DNA of 24,457 nucleotides. Origin: an uncultured Methanosarcinales archaeon (GTDB taxonomy: Archaea > Nanobdellota > Nanobdellia > Woesearchaeales > CAYVYK01). Where the stretch lies: the NCBI GenBank assembly GCA_964455675.1, contig CAYVYK010000007.1:1-24457 (forward strand). Reading direction: 5' to 3'. Each line of letters begins with the position of its first letter. Positions within the stretch are counted from its first letter, which is position 1. Of the stretch, positions 7,361 to 13,993 are shown in pieces. Both the position numbers and the translations under genes were made by a program. The notes below the pieces were generated by a model that saw only the letters and a program-made list of their open reading frames with translations, was not told the DNA's origin and did not search any database.

Positions 7361-8004
7361 TGAGAAAACCAGAGATTGGCCATTAACCCGTAATCTCGAA
7401 AAATTCTGGAGTTAAACCAGATAGGGGGTCCTGAATACTTGAGCAAGATGCCACGCGAGGATTGGCCACACCAATAAGCAACTGCATCCCCACATTAAAC
7501 ATGGATGTGCTTTACCGTGAATAACAGCACACCTTTTTGTTACCATTTTTCAGTACTCCTATTACCGTAAAGTTTATATAGTAGTAGCATTTTACTACCC
7601 ATTAGTTAATACATATCATGTGTTTGGGTGGGTTTTCCAACGGTTAAGATGCCTCAAGTGGCATGCTTACCGACGATCCGCACGGATCCTTTGAAGTCTC
7701 ATTTAACACCCATATATGATTCAGCAAACCATTGCTGCATCCAGCACTTGGCGCACACCACTCGTTCATACACACCGTGTATGAATTGATTGTTGTGACC
7801 ATCAAGGCCCGCACGAACCGTATCACTCGCTTGAAAGCGATTGATTGCGGAACGTCACTACCGGCCTTGGCCTGGAACACGGGAAAATAGGGTTTTCCCG
7901 CGGAATGGAGGTTTTCTTGTAGATGTTTCTCTCGACCAGCGTTGGTCGAACTTGGTAATACAAAGCTTATGAGCACGGAAACGCTCAATTCTGAGGAGCA
8001 CAGC

Positions 8005-8232
8005 ATGAACTGGTTGAAGAAGATCGTCCTAGCATTTCTCATGATGATCAGTAGTCAGAAGACCCCCAAGGTCACCATCAGCACGGATCCCAAGATCGCA
8101 CCGAAAGACCCGCCGCCACCCAAACCACCCAAGGAAACGGACCCAGTGGATCTTTCTCCTCGTATCCAAGCGGCGGCACAACACGAGCTACGGAAGAAAC
8201 TGGGAAAGGGAGGTCGTCCGCGCATCCGATAA
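8005..8232 (+). CDS. Small secreted proline-rich protein (75 aa)
   Basis: GAGGAG lies 6 nt upstream of the ATG. Signal-peptide-like N-terminus MNWLKKIVLAFLMMISS, then PKDPPPPKPPKETDP. Confidence 0.5.
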   Translation: MNWLKKIVLAFLMMISSQKTPKVTISTDPKIAPKDPPPPKPPKETDPVDLSPRIQAAAQHELRKKLGKGGRPRIR

Positions 8233-8241
8233 GGAGCAAAC

Positions 8242-8355
8242 GTGACCCATCGGCAATTCTGGCGGGACATGGTAATGGCGCTAGTTGGAGGAGCAGTTAT
8301 GATTACAGTGTTCATCGCAGCACTGTACATGCTTCTCCTCATCGCCAAGCAGTGA
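8242..8355 (+). CDS. Possible 37-aa single-TM microprotein (GTG start)
   Basis: AAGGAG lies 5 nt upstream of the GTG. Hydrophobic core ALVGGAVMITVFIAALYMLLLIA. It is below the ORF-track size cutoff. Confidence 0.3.
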   Translation: MTHRQFWRDMVMALVGGAVMITVFIAALYMLLLIAKQ

Positions 8356-8477
8356 GCAACGGCCCTTCGCCAACCGGCTTTTACGGAAGCCGGCTACGAT
8401 AGGCCGTTACGGCGTTCTGAGGCGGGTAGCTTCAGAATAACTTTGGAAAGCCCAGGCATGGGCACAGGAGCAAAGGT

Positions 8478-9107
8478 ATGGACAGGATCAAAGGGTATGT
8501 GGTCGGAATTGGACCAGGCAACAGAAGTTGGAGAGTACGCATCCGGCAGAACGGACATCCCCAGGACGGATGGAAATTCATCGTGGCAAGCACGCACGAG
8601 AACATCACCCTCGCCCCCGGGATGAACGTCAGTTTTAGCCTCGGATCCTTCAAGCAGGAACCGCAGCTCCGGGCGATCGACGTCATGCCCGACGAGCCGG
8701 AAGCGGAACTCCAGGGCCTCGAGCGGATCGTGATGGCCGGCGCCAGGACTGGCACGGACGTCAAGGTCACCATTCAGGACAGCGGACGAGCCACCGCAGC
8801 CCAATACTCACTCCCGGGACAGGGAACAGCAGCGGGCACCCCTGGCTCAGAGATCACCCTCGTGGTGACGTACGACGGTCATGAAGTGCACGTGCACTTC
8901 AACATGGACCCGGATTGGCTACGGCAAGCTGGCAGCGACGAGCAGATCATGGACACCATTAAAGTCCCGGCTGAAGGAGACCCGATGGAAGTCCTTAGGC
9001 TGCTCACTCTCATCAGCGACGACAGCAGCAGCAACAGCATCCTTTCGTCGCTCGAACTGCTGCTCACGGCTGCGTACAATGCCGGGGTGAACGCACCAAG
9101 AATCTGA
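8478..9107 (+). CDS. Hypothetical soluble protein (209 aa)
   Basis: AGGAG lies 7 nt upstream of the ATG. No recognisable family. Confidence 0.6.
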   Translation: MDRIKGYVVGIGPGNRSWRVRIRQNGHPQDGWKFIVASTHENITLAPGMNVSFSLGSFKQEPQLRAIDVMPDEPEAELQGLERIVMAGARTGTDVKVTIQDSGRATAAQYSLPGQGTAAGTPGSEITLVVTYDGHEVHVHFNMDPDWLRQAGSDEQIMDTIKVPAEGDPMEVLRLLTLISDDSSSNSILSSLELLLTAAYNAGVNAPRI

Positions 9108-9131
9108 ACCCGCAAGGGTATGGAGAAAAAC

Positions 9132-9662
9132 ATGAGAATTCTTGTGATTGACGACATGGCACAGAACCTCGCAAGCGCGATGATGACACTGAAGGGCCAC
9201 GAGGTCACGACGGTAGACAGCATCGAACTCGCGATGAAGATCCTCGAGAAGGATGAGCTCCCGTTCGACGCGGTGCTCACGGACCTGTTCCTGCCTCGGG
9301 GGAACTTCCGCGGGTGCATGAACACGTCCAAGTACTGGGTGAAGCCGGAGACGCTCATCCCCGCGGGGCTCGTGTTCGCACTCCACACGTCAAACCGTGG
9401 AATCCGCACCGTGATCTGCACGGACGGCGATCACCACAATGAATGGATCTGCACGCTCCTTGACCTCGTCGGGTGCGGCAATGAAGACACGCGCTGGGTT
9501 TCGTACGTCGAAGCGCGCTGCGCTTGCGTCGAGGGCATCTGGAAGGACGGCAAGATCGAGATGTGCGAGGACTGGTACACGCACGGCGGCCCGACCATCA
9601 AGGACCATCTGAAGGCCATGCACCAGAGCGAGCTCTTCCCGGAGCTTCGCGAAGCGGCGTAG
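9132..9662 (+). CDS. Stand-alone receiver (REC) domain protein with a Cys-rich C-terminal extension
   Basis: MRILVIDDMAQNL...DAVLTDLFLP matches the receiver-domain acidic pocket and the phospho-acceptor Asp context. The C-terminal half carries seven Cys. GGAG lies 6 nt upstream of the ATG. Confidence 0.6.
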   Translation: MRILVIDDMAQNLASAMMTLKGHEVTTVDSIELAMKILEKDELPFDAVLTDLFLPRGNFRGCMNTSKYWVKPETLIPAGLVFALHTSNRGIRTVICTDGDHHNEWICTLLDLVGCGNEDTRWVSYVEARCACVEGIWKDGKIEMCEDWYTHGGPTIKDHLKAMHQSELFPELREAA

Positions 9663-9679
9663 TCGGAACCTGAACCTTT

Positions 9680-9716
9680 GGGGTCAGCATCTTTCGGGGT
9701 GCTGACCCCTCTTTTT
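9680..9716 (+). terminator. Rho-independent terminator after the REC gene
   Basis: GGGGTCAGCA...TGCTGACCCC is a 10-bp stem, followed by TCTTTTT. Confidence 0.6.
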
Positions 9717-9726
9717 GGAGAGGCAC

Positions 9727-10050
9727 ATGTCGCTTGGTGTTAGTGTTGGATTGATCGTGAGCGTATTTCTGCTCGGCGGTATACTTATCGGTATCCTGCC
9801 AGGCAAAAAATGCTCAGCATGCGAGCACTTCGGTCGCAGCTGTTACACAGCTCATGAACGCGAGCAACTCCAGCAGCAGGATGTCACCCTCAACAACCGG
9901 ATCAAAGAACTTACTGCCGTGCAACAGGGACTCCTAGATTCTCTGGGGGAACCCATGCCGGCGGACGTGTATGAGAACGTTCTACTTGAGCTTGAGCGAG
10001 TGACCATAGAACTCGCACGAGCGAAGGATAGAGCGTTTCGATTCGGGTAA
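9727..10050 (+). CDS. Small membrane protein (107 aa): N-terminal TM, CxxC, coiled-coil tail
   Basis: TM segment VGLIVSVFLLGGILIGIL, then CSACEHFGRSC, then a heptad-like region. GGAGAGG is just upstream of the ATG. Confidence 0.5.
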   Translation: MSLGVSVGLIVSVFLLGGILIGILPGKKCSACEHFGRSCYTAHEREQLQQQDVTLNNRIKELTAVQQGLLDSLGEPMPADVYENVLLELERVTIELARAKDRAFRFG

Positions 10051-10080
10051 ACTGAACACACGGGGTAATGAAAGGAACCA

Positions 10081-10467
10081 ATGGAAGCGTTTCTCTTGGG
10101 GACTATCAAGGTTGTCGGGGGCCTTCTCGCAGTACTCCTGTTGCTGCAGGTAGTCATTCGTCTCATTGCTGGCAAGCGAATGACGGTCGCAGAACTGCGT
10201 GAGGAGGTGGCTACCCGAGTACGTGAGAAGACAAAGCTTGAACTACTGCACGGCGACCTTCAACGAGAACTTCGTGCGCAGAAAGCCAGGCTCGAAGAAC
10301 TGCAAGGCACGGCAGAGAACCCAGATGCCTTGGTTAACCAGGCAGCGAGAGTCGATGAACTGGAAGTCCGGGAACGCCAAATAACGGGAAATATCCGGGA
10401 CTTGAACAATGAAATCGAGGTCCTACGCATGCTCATCGCAGAGCGTGCAATGGAGAGATCACAATGA
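10081..10467 (+). CDS. Small membrane protein (128 aa): N-terminal TM plus coiled coil
   Basis: AAAGGAA is upstream. TM segment VVGGLLAVLLLLQVVIRLIA, then a charged heptad-rich region. Confidence 0.6.
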   Translation: MEAFLLGTIKVVGGLLAVLLLLQVVIRLIAGKRMTVAELREEVATRVREKTKLELLHGDLQRELRAQKARLEELQGTAENPDALVNQAARVDELEVRERQITGNIRDLNNEIEVLRMLIAERAMERSQ

Positions 10468-10880
10468 CATACGTCGCACACATCGCGTACATCCTCGGGG
10501 GACTGGCTGTGCTGTACCTCCTTGTCTCCCTCGGATGGATAGCCTTTGAGAAGGAACTCCTGAACCGACGAGTGCGCAGACTGCACCGGGAGTACTCGAG
10601 AACGCAGAGCGTGACCGAGCGCTACGGCCACCACCAGTTCAACATCACCCACGCGACCATGCAGCTCATGGATCTCATGGACGAGTGGACGAAGGCCCAG
10701 CCACAGGACTGGAGGAGCATTACCCAGCGCATCGAGGACATGGCGACCACCATCGTCGTACATGCGCGCGCGGCAAACCAGCAAATCGCCTGGGACATCG
10801 TGGACGGCAACCTCCCAGGAAACATTCCGATCGTACACCAAGGACCAGAACCTATCATGGAGGAACACACTCATGTTTAG
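10464..10880 (+). CDS. Small membrane protein (138 aa), translationally coupled to the upstream gene
   Basis: ATGA start/stop overlap with the upstream gene. TM segment ILGGLAVLYLLVSLGWIAF. Confidence 0.6.
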   Translation: MTYVAHIAYILGGLAVLYLLVSLGWIAFEKELLNRRVRRLHREYSRTQSVTERYGHHQFNITHATMQLMDLMDEWTKAQPQDWRSITQRIEDMATTIVVHARAANQQIAWDIVDGNLPGNIPIVHQGPEPIMEEHTHV

Positions 10881-11079
10881 CGAAAGGTATGGCATGACGC
10901 CCGAACTCTTCCAGCGGACACTGCAAGCGATGGCGAGCATCCCCGACGTAGACTTCGATCCTGACTTGCTCTTCACCGGTCGCTCGGACGTTGATCCTGC
11001 ACTCGAGGAACTGGAAAGGATGACGTCCGACCAGCTCGCCAAGATGCTCATGGGAGGCGAGGTTCCGCAGGGACGGTGA
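10873..11079 (+). CDS. Small acidic soluble protein (68 aa)
   Basis: GGAGGAA lies 7 nt upstream of the ATG. It overlaps the upstream stop by 8 nt. An alternative start exists at 10894. Confidence 0.45.
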   Translation: MFSERYGMTPELFQRTLQAMASIPDVDFDPDLLFTGRSDVDPALEELERMTSDQLAKMLMGGEVPQGR

Positions 11080-11121
11080 CAACACCCGGGGGCGTTAACT
11101 CTTTTTGGCTAAGGAAATACC

Positions 11122-11295
11122 ATGAAGATTGCGATTATGACAATTGGCATCATCACGGCAGTGGTGCTTGTCGGGATGATTGTGTTCAGCATCTACATCG
11201 ACGTCAAGGCGCAGGGCGGATTCCACTTCGGCAGTCTGTTCGCAAGGAAGCCGAAGAAGATCGCTCCCAAGGTCGTTCCGCCCGAGAAGAAGTGA
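11122..11295 (+). CDS. Single-TM microprotein (57 aa) with a Lys/Pro-rich tail
   Basis: AAGGAA lies 5 nt upstream of the ATG. Sequence MKIAIMTIGIITAVVLVGMIVFSIYI...KPKKIAPKVVPPEKK. I prefer this over the R-rich 78-aa ORF in another frame (11076..11312). Confidence 0.45.
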   Translation: MKIAIMTIGIITAVVLVGMIVFSIYIDVKAQGGFHFGSLFARKPKKIAPKVVPPEKK

Positions 11296-11299
11296 AACC

Positions 11300-11316
11300 G
11301 GGTTCATCGTGAACCC
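11300..11316 (+). other. Perfect 7-bp hairpin (GGGTTCA-tcg-TGAACCC) between two microprotein genes
   Basis: It lies 5 nt after the stop of the 57-aa gene and 20 nt before the next start. Confidence 0.35.
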
Positions 11317-11337
11317 CCAGCACAAGGAGCAACAATC

Positions 11338-11580
11338 TTGAGAAAGCAGAACGCAGTCGCGCTTGTCCTTCTCATCGCGAGCCTCGTACTGTTCTTTGCC
11401 AATCCAAATTTCTCCGGCCACGACATCCTGAACCCGGGAGAAGTGGTGGACAAGTTCTGGAGCAACGACGGCGCGAAGTACAGCGGAGCCGTGTACGCTA
11501 TCGGGTACGCAGCTGGATGGACAGCGCTCGCGGGGCTTCTCATCAACGCGGCACGGGGGAAACTCTTGCGAAAGGAGTAA
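11338..11580 (+). CDS. Small membrane protein (80 aa, TTG start)
   Basis: AAGGAG lies 8 nt upstream of the TTG. It has two hydrophobic segments. Confidence 0.5.
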   Translation: MRKQNAVALVLLIASLVLFFANPNFSGHDILNPGEVVDKFWSNDGAKYSGAVYAIGYAAGWTALAGLLINAARGKLLRKE

Positions 11581-11585
11581 GCGTC

Positions 11586-11747
11586 ATGCAAGGGCCGACC
11601 AGTATCACGGAAGATCTCGGGGCTGAACTCACCGCAGTAGAAGTGCACCTCCTCGGGACGAAGGGAGACGCTCCTTTTGAGTACGACCCTGAGGAGGACC
11701 TGCGACGCCTCGAGGAATTCGTGGCCGTTCTTGACGGCGCGGAGTGA
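11586..11747 (+). CDS. Small acidic protein (53 aa)
   Basis: AAAGGAG lies 8 nt upstream of the ATG (MQGPTSITEDLG...). Confidence 0.4.
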   Translation: MQGPTSITEDLGAELTAVEVHLLGTKGDAPFEYDPEEDLRRLEEFVAVLDGAE

Positions 11748-11812
11748 ACAATGAGGATTCTGATCATTGCAGCGGTGATCATTCTGGTCATCCTGCTGAA
11801 AGGAGAACGCAA

Positions 11813-11995
11813 GTGTTGAACAACCTCTACGACCTGATGTGCAACCCGCTGTTTCGGTGGGTTATTCTCCCGGCGTCATGGGGCGCCCTGATGATCATGC
11901 AAACCGGAGCGCGTGGTCGGTGGTACGCAGTCGCGACGCGCGGCGCACTGCTCACGCTGATCGGGGTGTTGTACGGGATCTGGATCGGACGGTAG
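11813..11995 (+). CDS. Small membrane protein (60 aa, GTG start)
   Basis: AAAGGAG lies 7 nt upstream of the GTG. Hydrophobic segments are present. A 22-aa hydrophobic mini-ORF (11751..11819) overlaps the start region in another frame. Confidence 0.4.
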   Translation: MLNNLYDLMCNPLFRWVILPASWGALMIMQTGARGRWYAVATRGALLTLIGVLYGIWIGR

Positions 11996-12013
11996 CAAAG
12001 CACGGTGCTTTGC
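11995..12013 (+). promoter_or_regulatory. 19-nt perfect palindrome GCAAAGCAC-G-GTGCTTTGC, a variant of the recurring GCAC-G-GTGC element
   Basis: It lies 27 nt upstream of the 12040 start codon. Confidence 0.45.
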
Positions 12014-12039
12014 CTAGCACTCGAGCAAAGGAAGACAAC

Positions 12040-12183
12040 ATGCCCGCTTGGATTGGTGTCAGCATCGCAGTCCTAATTGTTGGTGCTGCGGCCTGCCTGA
12101 TCTACGCGATCATCCTGAGCTATCGTCTCGAATGGCATATCAACAGGATGATTCGCGGCGACAGCACAACGGCAGAGCGTTGA
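12040..12183 (+). CDS. Single-TM microprotein (47 aa)
   Basis: AAAGGAAG lies 5 nt upstream of the ATG (MPAWIGVSIAVLIVGAAACLIYAIILSY...). Confidence 0.4.
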   Translation: MPAWIGVSIAVLIVGAAACLIYAIILSYRLEWHINRMIRGDSTTAER

Positions 12184-12261
12184 TTCACCAGATTCTTCGG
12201 GCGGCGCCGTTAGCTGTGACCGCAGCTTCACACGCCCGGACAGCGCGGCGCCGCCCACTTT

Positions 12262-12303
12262 GTGACGCACGGTGCGTCACCAGCAAACGAGCAAACAACA
12301 GGG
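12262..12303 (+). promoter_or_regulatory. Recurring element copy 1: palindrome GTGACGCAC-G-GTGCGTCAC plus A/C-rich leader CAGCAAACGAGCAAACAAC
   Basis: It lies 49 nt upstream of the 12329 start. An extended upstream repeat (12213-12260) is shared with copy 2. Confidence 0.55.
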
Positions 12304-12328
12304 ACATATGTCCTAATGGAGAAAGAAA

Positions 12329-12724
12329 ATGCATCCTGCCATGGCAACTTTCATCGTCATCGGATACCTGACCTTGGCCTCCTTACTGGTCTTCGCTATC
12401 AGGGCGTTCTGGATGGACGTCGTGTGTGGGGGAAGAATCGAGACGGATGTGCACTTCACCCGCGACGGCCACACCTCGTACCTGATCATCAAGAATGATG
12501 AGAAAGGGGCGCACGGTCGCGAACAGGGAACCTTGGTCGAACTCCGAATCGATGGGAAACCCGGCGGTCCTGAATGGGATGTTGCGTTGGGGGAAGGGAC
12601 GAGAATGCGCGCAACCTACCTCAAGATCACCAAGGGCGAGCACACCATCGAACAGCTCGTGGCGAGTCTGAACGCACGCCATGCGGAAGTTAGAATCGAG
12701 ACGGCCGCAGCGAACGCCATTTGA
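12329..12724 (+). CDS. Hypothetical membrane-anchored protein (131 aa)
   Basis: GGAGA lies 6 nt upstream of the ATG. TM segment ATFIVIGYLTLASLLVFAI. Confidence 0.6.
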   Translation: MHPAMATFIVIGYLTLASLLVFAIRAFWMDVVCGGRIETDVHFTRDGHTSYLIIKNDEKGAHGREQGTLVELRIDGKPGGPEWDVALGEGTRMRATYLKITKGEHTIEQLVASLNARHAEVRIETAAANAI

Positions 12725-12828
12725 GATACGCTGTGACCGCAGCTTCACACGGGCGGCGCCGATTGCTGACACCGAGCAAAACCACACGCCCGGACAGCAC
12801 GGCGCCGCCCACCTTCGTAGAATGAAAC

Positions 12829-12860
12829 GTGACGCACGGTGCGCCACAACAGTAGTACAA
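12829..12860 (+). promoter_or_regulatory. Recurring element copy 2 (GTGACGCACGGTGCGCCAC...)
   Basis: It lies 25 nt upstream of the 12872 start. It is preceded by an extended repeat shared with copy 1 (12731-12828) that includes a GGGCGGCGCC/GGCGCCGCCC inverted repeat. Confidence 0.55.
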
Positions 12861-12871
12861 GGAGAGACAAC

Positions 12872-13072
12872 ATGTTGGTTCTGAACGCCCACTTCGGCAG
12901 CCCCCGCTTCCGTCACATCCGCATGCTGCCCGTCGAGGTGAAGGGTGTGCCCTCCACTGAGTACGACCCCGAGGAAACGAAGTCCGAGCCGCTCACGCCG
13001 CCCCCCGCACACATGGAGTCGTGGTCGCCCGAGACGGACCCGGACTTCGCGGACAGGTACGACAACGACTAG
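12872..13072 (+). CDS. Small acidic soluble protein (66 aa)
   Basis: AAGGAGAG lies 5 nt upstream of the ATG. Confidence 0.5.
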   Translation: MLVLNAHFGSPRFRHIRMLPVEVKGVPSTEYDPEETKSEPLTPPPAHMESWSPETDPDFADRYDND

Positions 13073-13084
13073 CAAGACGTTTCA

Positions 13085-13112
13085 GGGACGAGGTTCACCT
13101 GAGCTTCGTCCC
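13085..13112 (+). other. Hairpin GGGACGAGG...CTTCGTCCC after the 66-aa gene (possible attenuator or terminator, no U-tract)
   Basis: The 9-bp stem has one G.U position and is followed by TTGGGGGGAAAATT. Confidence 0.3.
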
Positions 13113-13126
13113 TTGGGGGGAAAATT

Positions 13127-13170
13127 GTGACGCACGGTGCGCCACAACAGCAAACGAGCAAACAACCAGG
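13127..13170 (+). promoter_or_regulatory. Recurring element copy 3 (GTGACGCACGGTGCGCCACAACAGCAAACGAGCAAACAAC)
   Basis: It lies 56 nt upstream of the 13201 start. Confidence 0.55.
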
Positions 13171-13200
13171 GACAAAACCAGTCTCCTATAGGAGAGCCTA

Positions 13201-13620
13201 ATGACGACTCACGGTTGGGGTAAAACCATTATGCTGACGGTGATCGGCATGCTTATTGGGGCTGCTGGACTTACTCTCGCACGGGTGGCCAGCCCATCTT
13301 TTGACCTGAAGTGGAAAATCAAGGTCTCACCGTCTTCTGTTGGGTACGATCCGGCGCAATCCTGGGCGTACAACTGCATCGTTCTCGACGAGTACGTCAA
13401 GCTGGACTTCCCGGTCACGGACAAGGTGATCGCAGACCTGCGCAAGATCGTCGAGACGGAGAAGGATCCGATTGTCGTCGCAACGGCCAGGAGCATGCTC
13501 GACAGTTACAGGATGGTCGGAAGCTTCCATGCTACGCAGACCTGGCAAAACAAGCTGAGGGACGATGAGGCCAAGGCCGCAAAACAACGCGCGATCGACG
13601 CGTGGAAGGGCAACAAGTAG
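13201..13620 (+). CDS. Hypothetical membrane-anchored protein (139 aa)
   Basis: TAGGAGAG lies 4 nt upstream of the ATG. TM segment IMLTVIGMLIGAAGLTLA. Confidence 0.6.
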   Translation: MTTHGWGKTIMLTVIGMLIGAAGLTLARVASPSFDLKWKIKVSPSSVGYDPAQSWAYNCIVLDEYVKLDFPVTDKVIADLRKIVETEKDPIVVATARSMLDSYRMVGSFHATQTWQNKLRDDEAKAAKQRAIDAWKGNK

Positions 13621-13640
13621 GACAACGAACGCCTTCAATT

Positions 13641-13661
13641 GTAACGCACGGTGCGTGCAAC
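13641..13661 (+). promoter_or_regulatory. Recurring element copy 4 (variant GTAACGCACGGTGCGTGCAAC)
   Basis: It lies 33 nt upstream of the 13694 start. Confidence 0.45.
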
Positions 13662-13693
13662 TGAGCGTTCACATCAAACCGAAAGGATCCACC

Positions 13694-13924
13694 ATGACAC
13701 GAAAGCGCATTCAGGCAGAAGTCGTACGGCTGGTCACCGACCGTGAGCATCCGTACCTTGTGCTCATGCCCGTTAACAGGCAGCAGGGTGTGGACATGAA
13801 GGAGATCAGCATCGAAGTCGGTTGGTTTCACACCCAACTGCGCAGACGAGCCTTCAAGATCATCCAGCAGTCTGCCCATCACGACAACATCACGGTCGGG
13901 GAAGTGTACGAGATCGAACTCTAA
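13694..13924 (+). CDS. Small basic soluble protein (76 aa)
   Basis: AAAGGA lies 6 nt upstream of the ATG (MTRKRIQAEVVRL...). Confidence 0.5.
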   Translation: MTRKRIQAEVVRLVTDREHPYLVLMPVNRQQGVDMKEISIEVGWFHTQLRRRAFKIIQQSAHHDNITVGEVYEIEL

Positions 13925-13927
13925 CTC

Positions 13928-13975
13928 GTGACGCACGGTGCGCCACAACAGCAAACGAGCAAACAAGGACAACGT
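13928..13975 (+). promoter_or_regulatory. Recurring element copy 5 (GTGACGCACGGTGCGCCACAACAGCAAACGAGCAAACAAGG)
   Basis: It lies 48 nt upstream of the 13994 start. Confidence 0.55.
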
Positions 13976-13993
13976 CCCACATCGGAGAGAATC

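Larger units (their letters stand above)
6386..7990. other. AT-rich non-coding strand-switch region (~1.6 kb) between the divergently transcribed gene arms
   Basis: Base composition is visibly lower in G+C than the flanks. Only short ORFs with atypical composition occur here and none has an RBS. It contains hairpins at 6987-7007, 7319-7337, 7341-7360, 7881-7899 and 7933-7950. Confidence 0.7.

Noticed and set aside
6730-7415. Short ORFs 6730..7008, 6772..6972 and 7176..7415 in the AT-rich island
   Set aside because: They have no RBS, and their products are unstructured and do not resemble neighbours. They are more likely chance ORFs in AT-rich DNA. They are kept only as part of the non-coding-island finding.
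7644-8042. 132-aa minus-strand ORF at the right edge of the AT-rich region
   Set aside because: It has no SD and atypical composition. It overlaps the well-supported plus-strand start at 8005 and is not part of either transcription direction's gene string.
11076-11312. 78-aa ORF in an alternative frame
   Set aside because: The Arg/His-rich product has no RBS. The overlapping 57-aa frame (11122..11295) has a good SD and a clean TM helix, so it is preferred.
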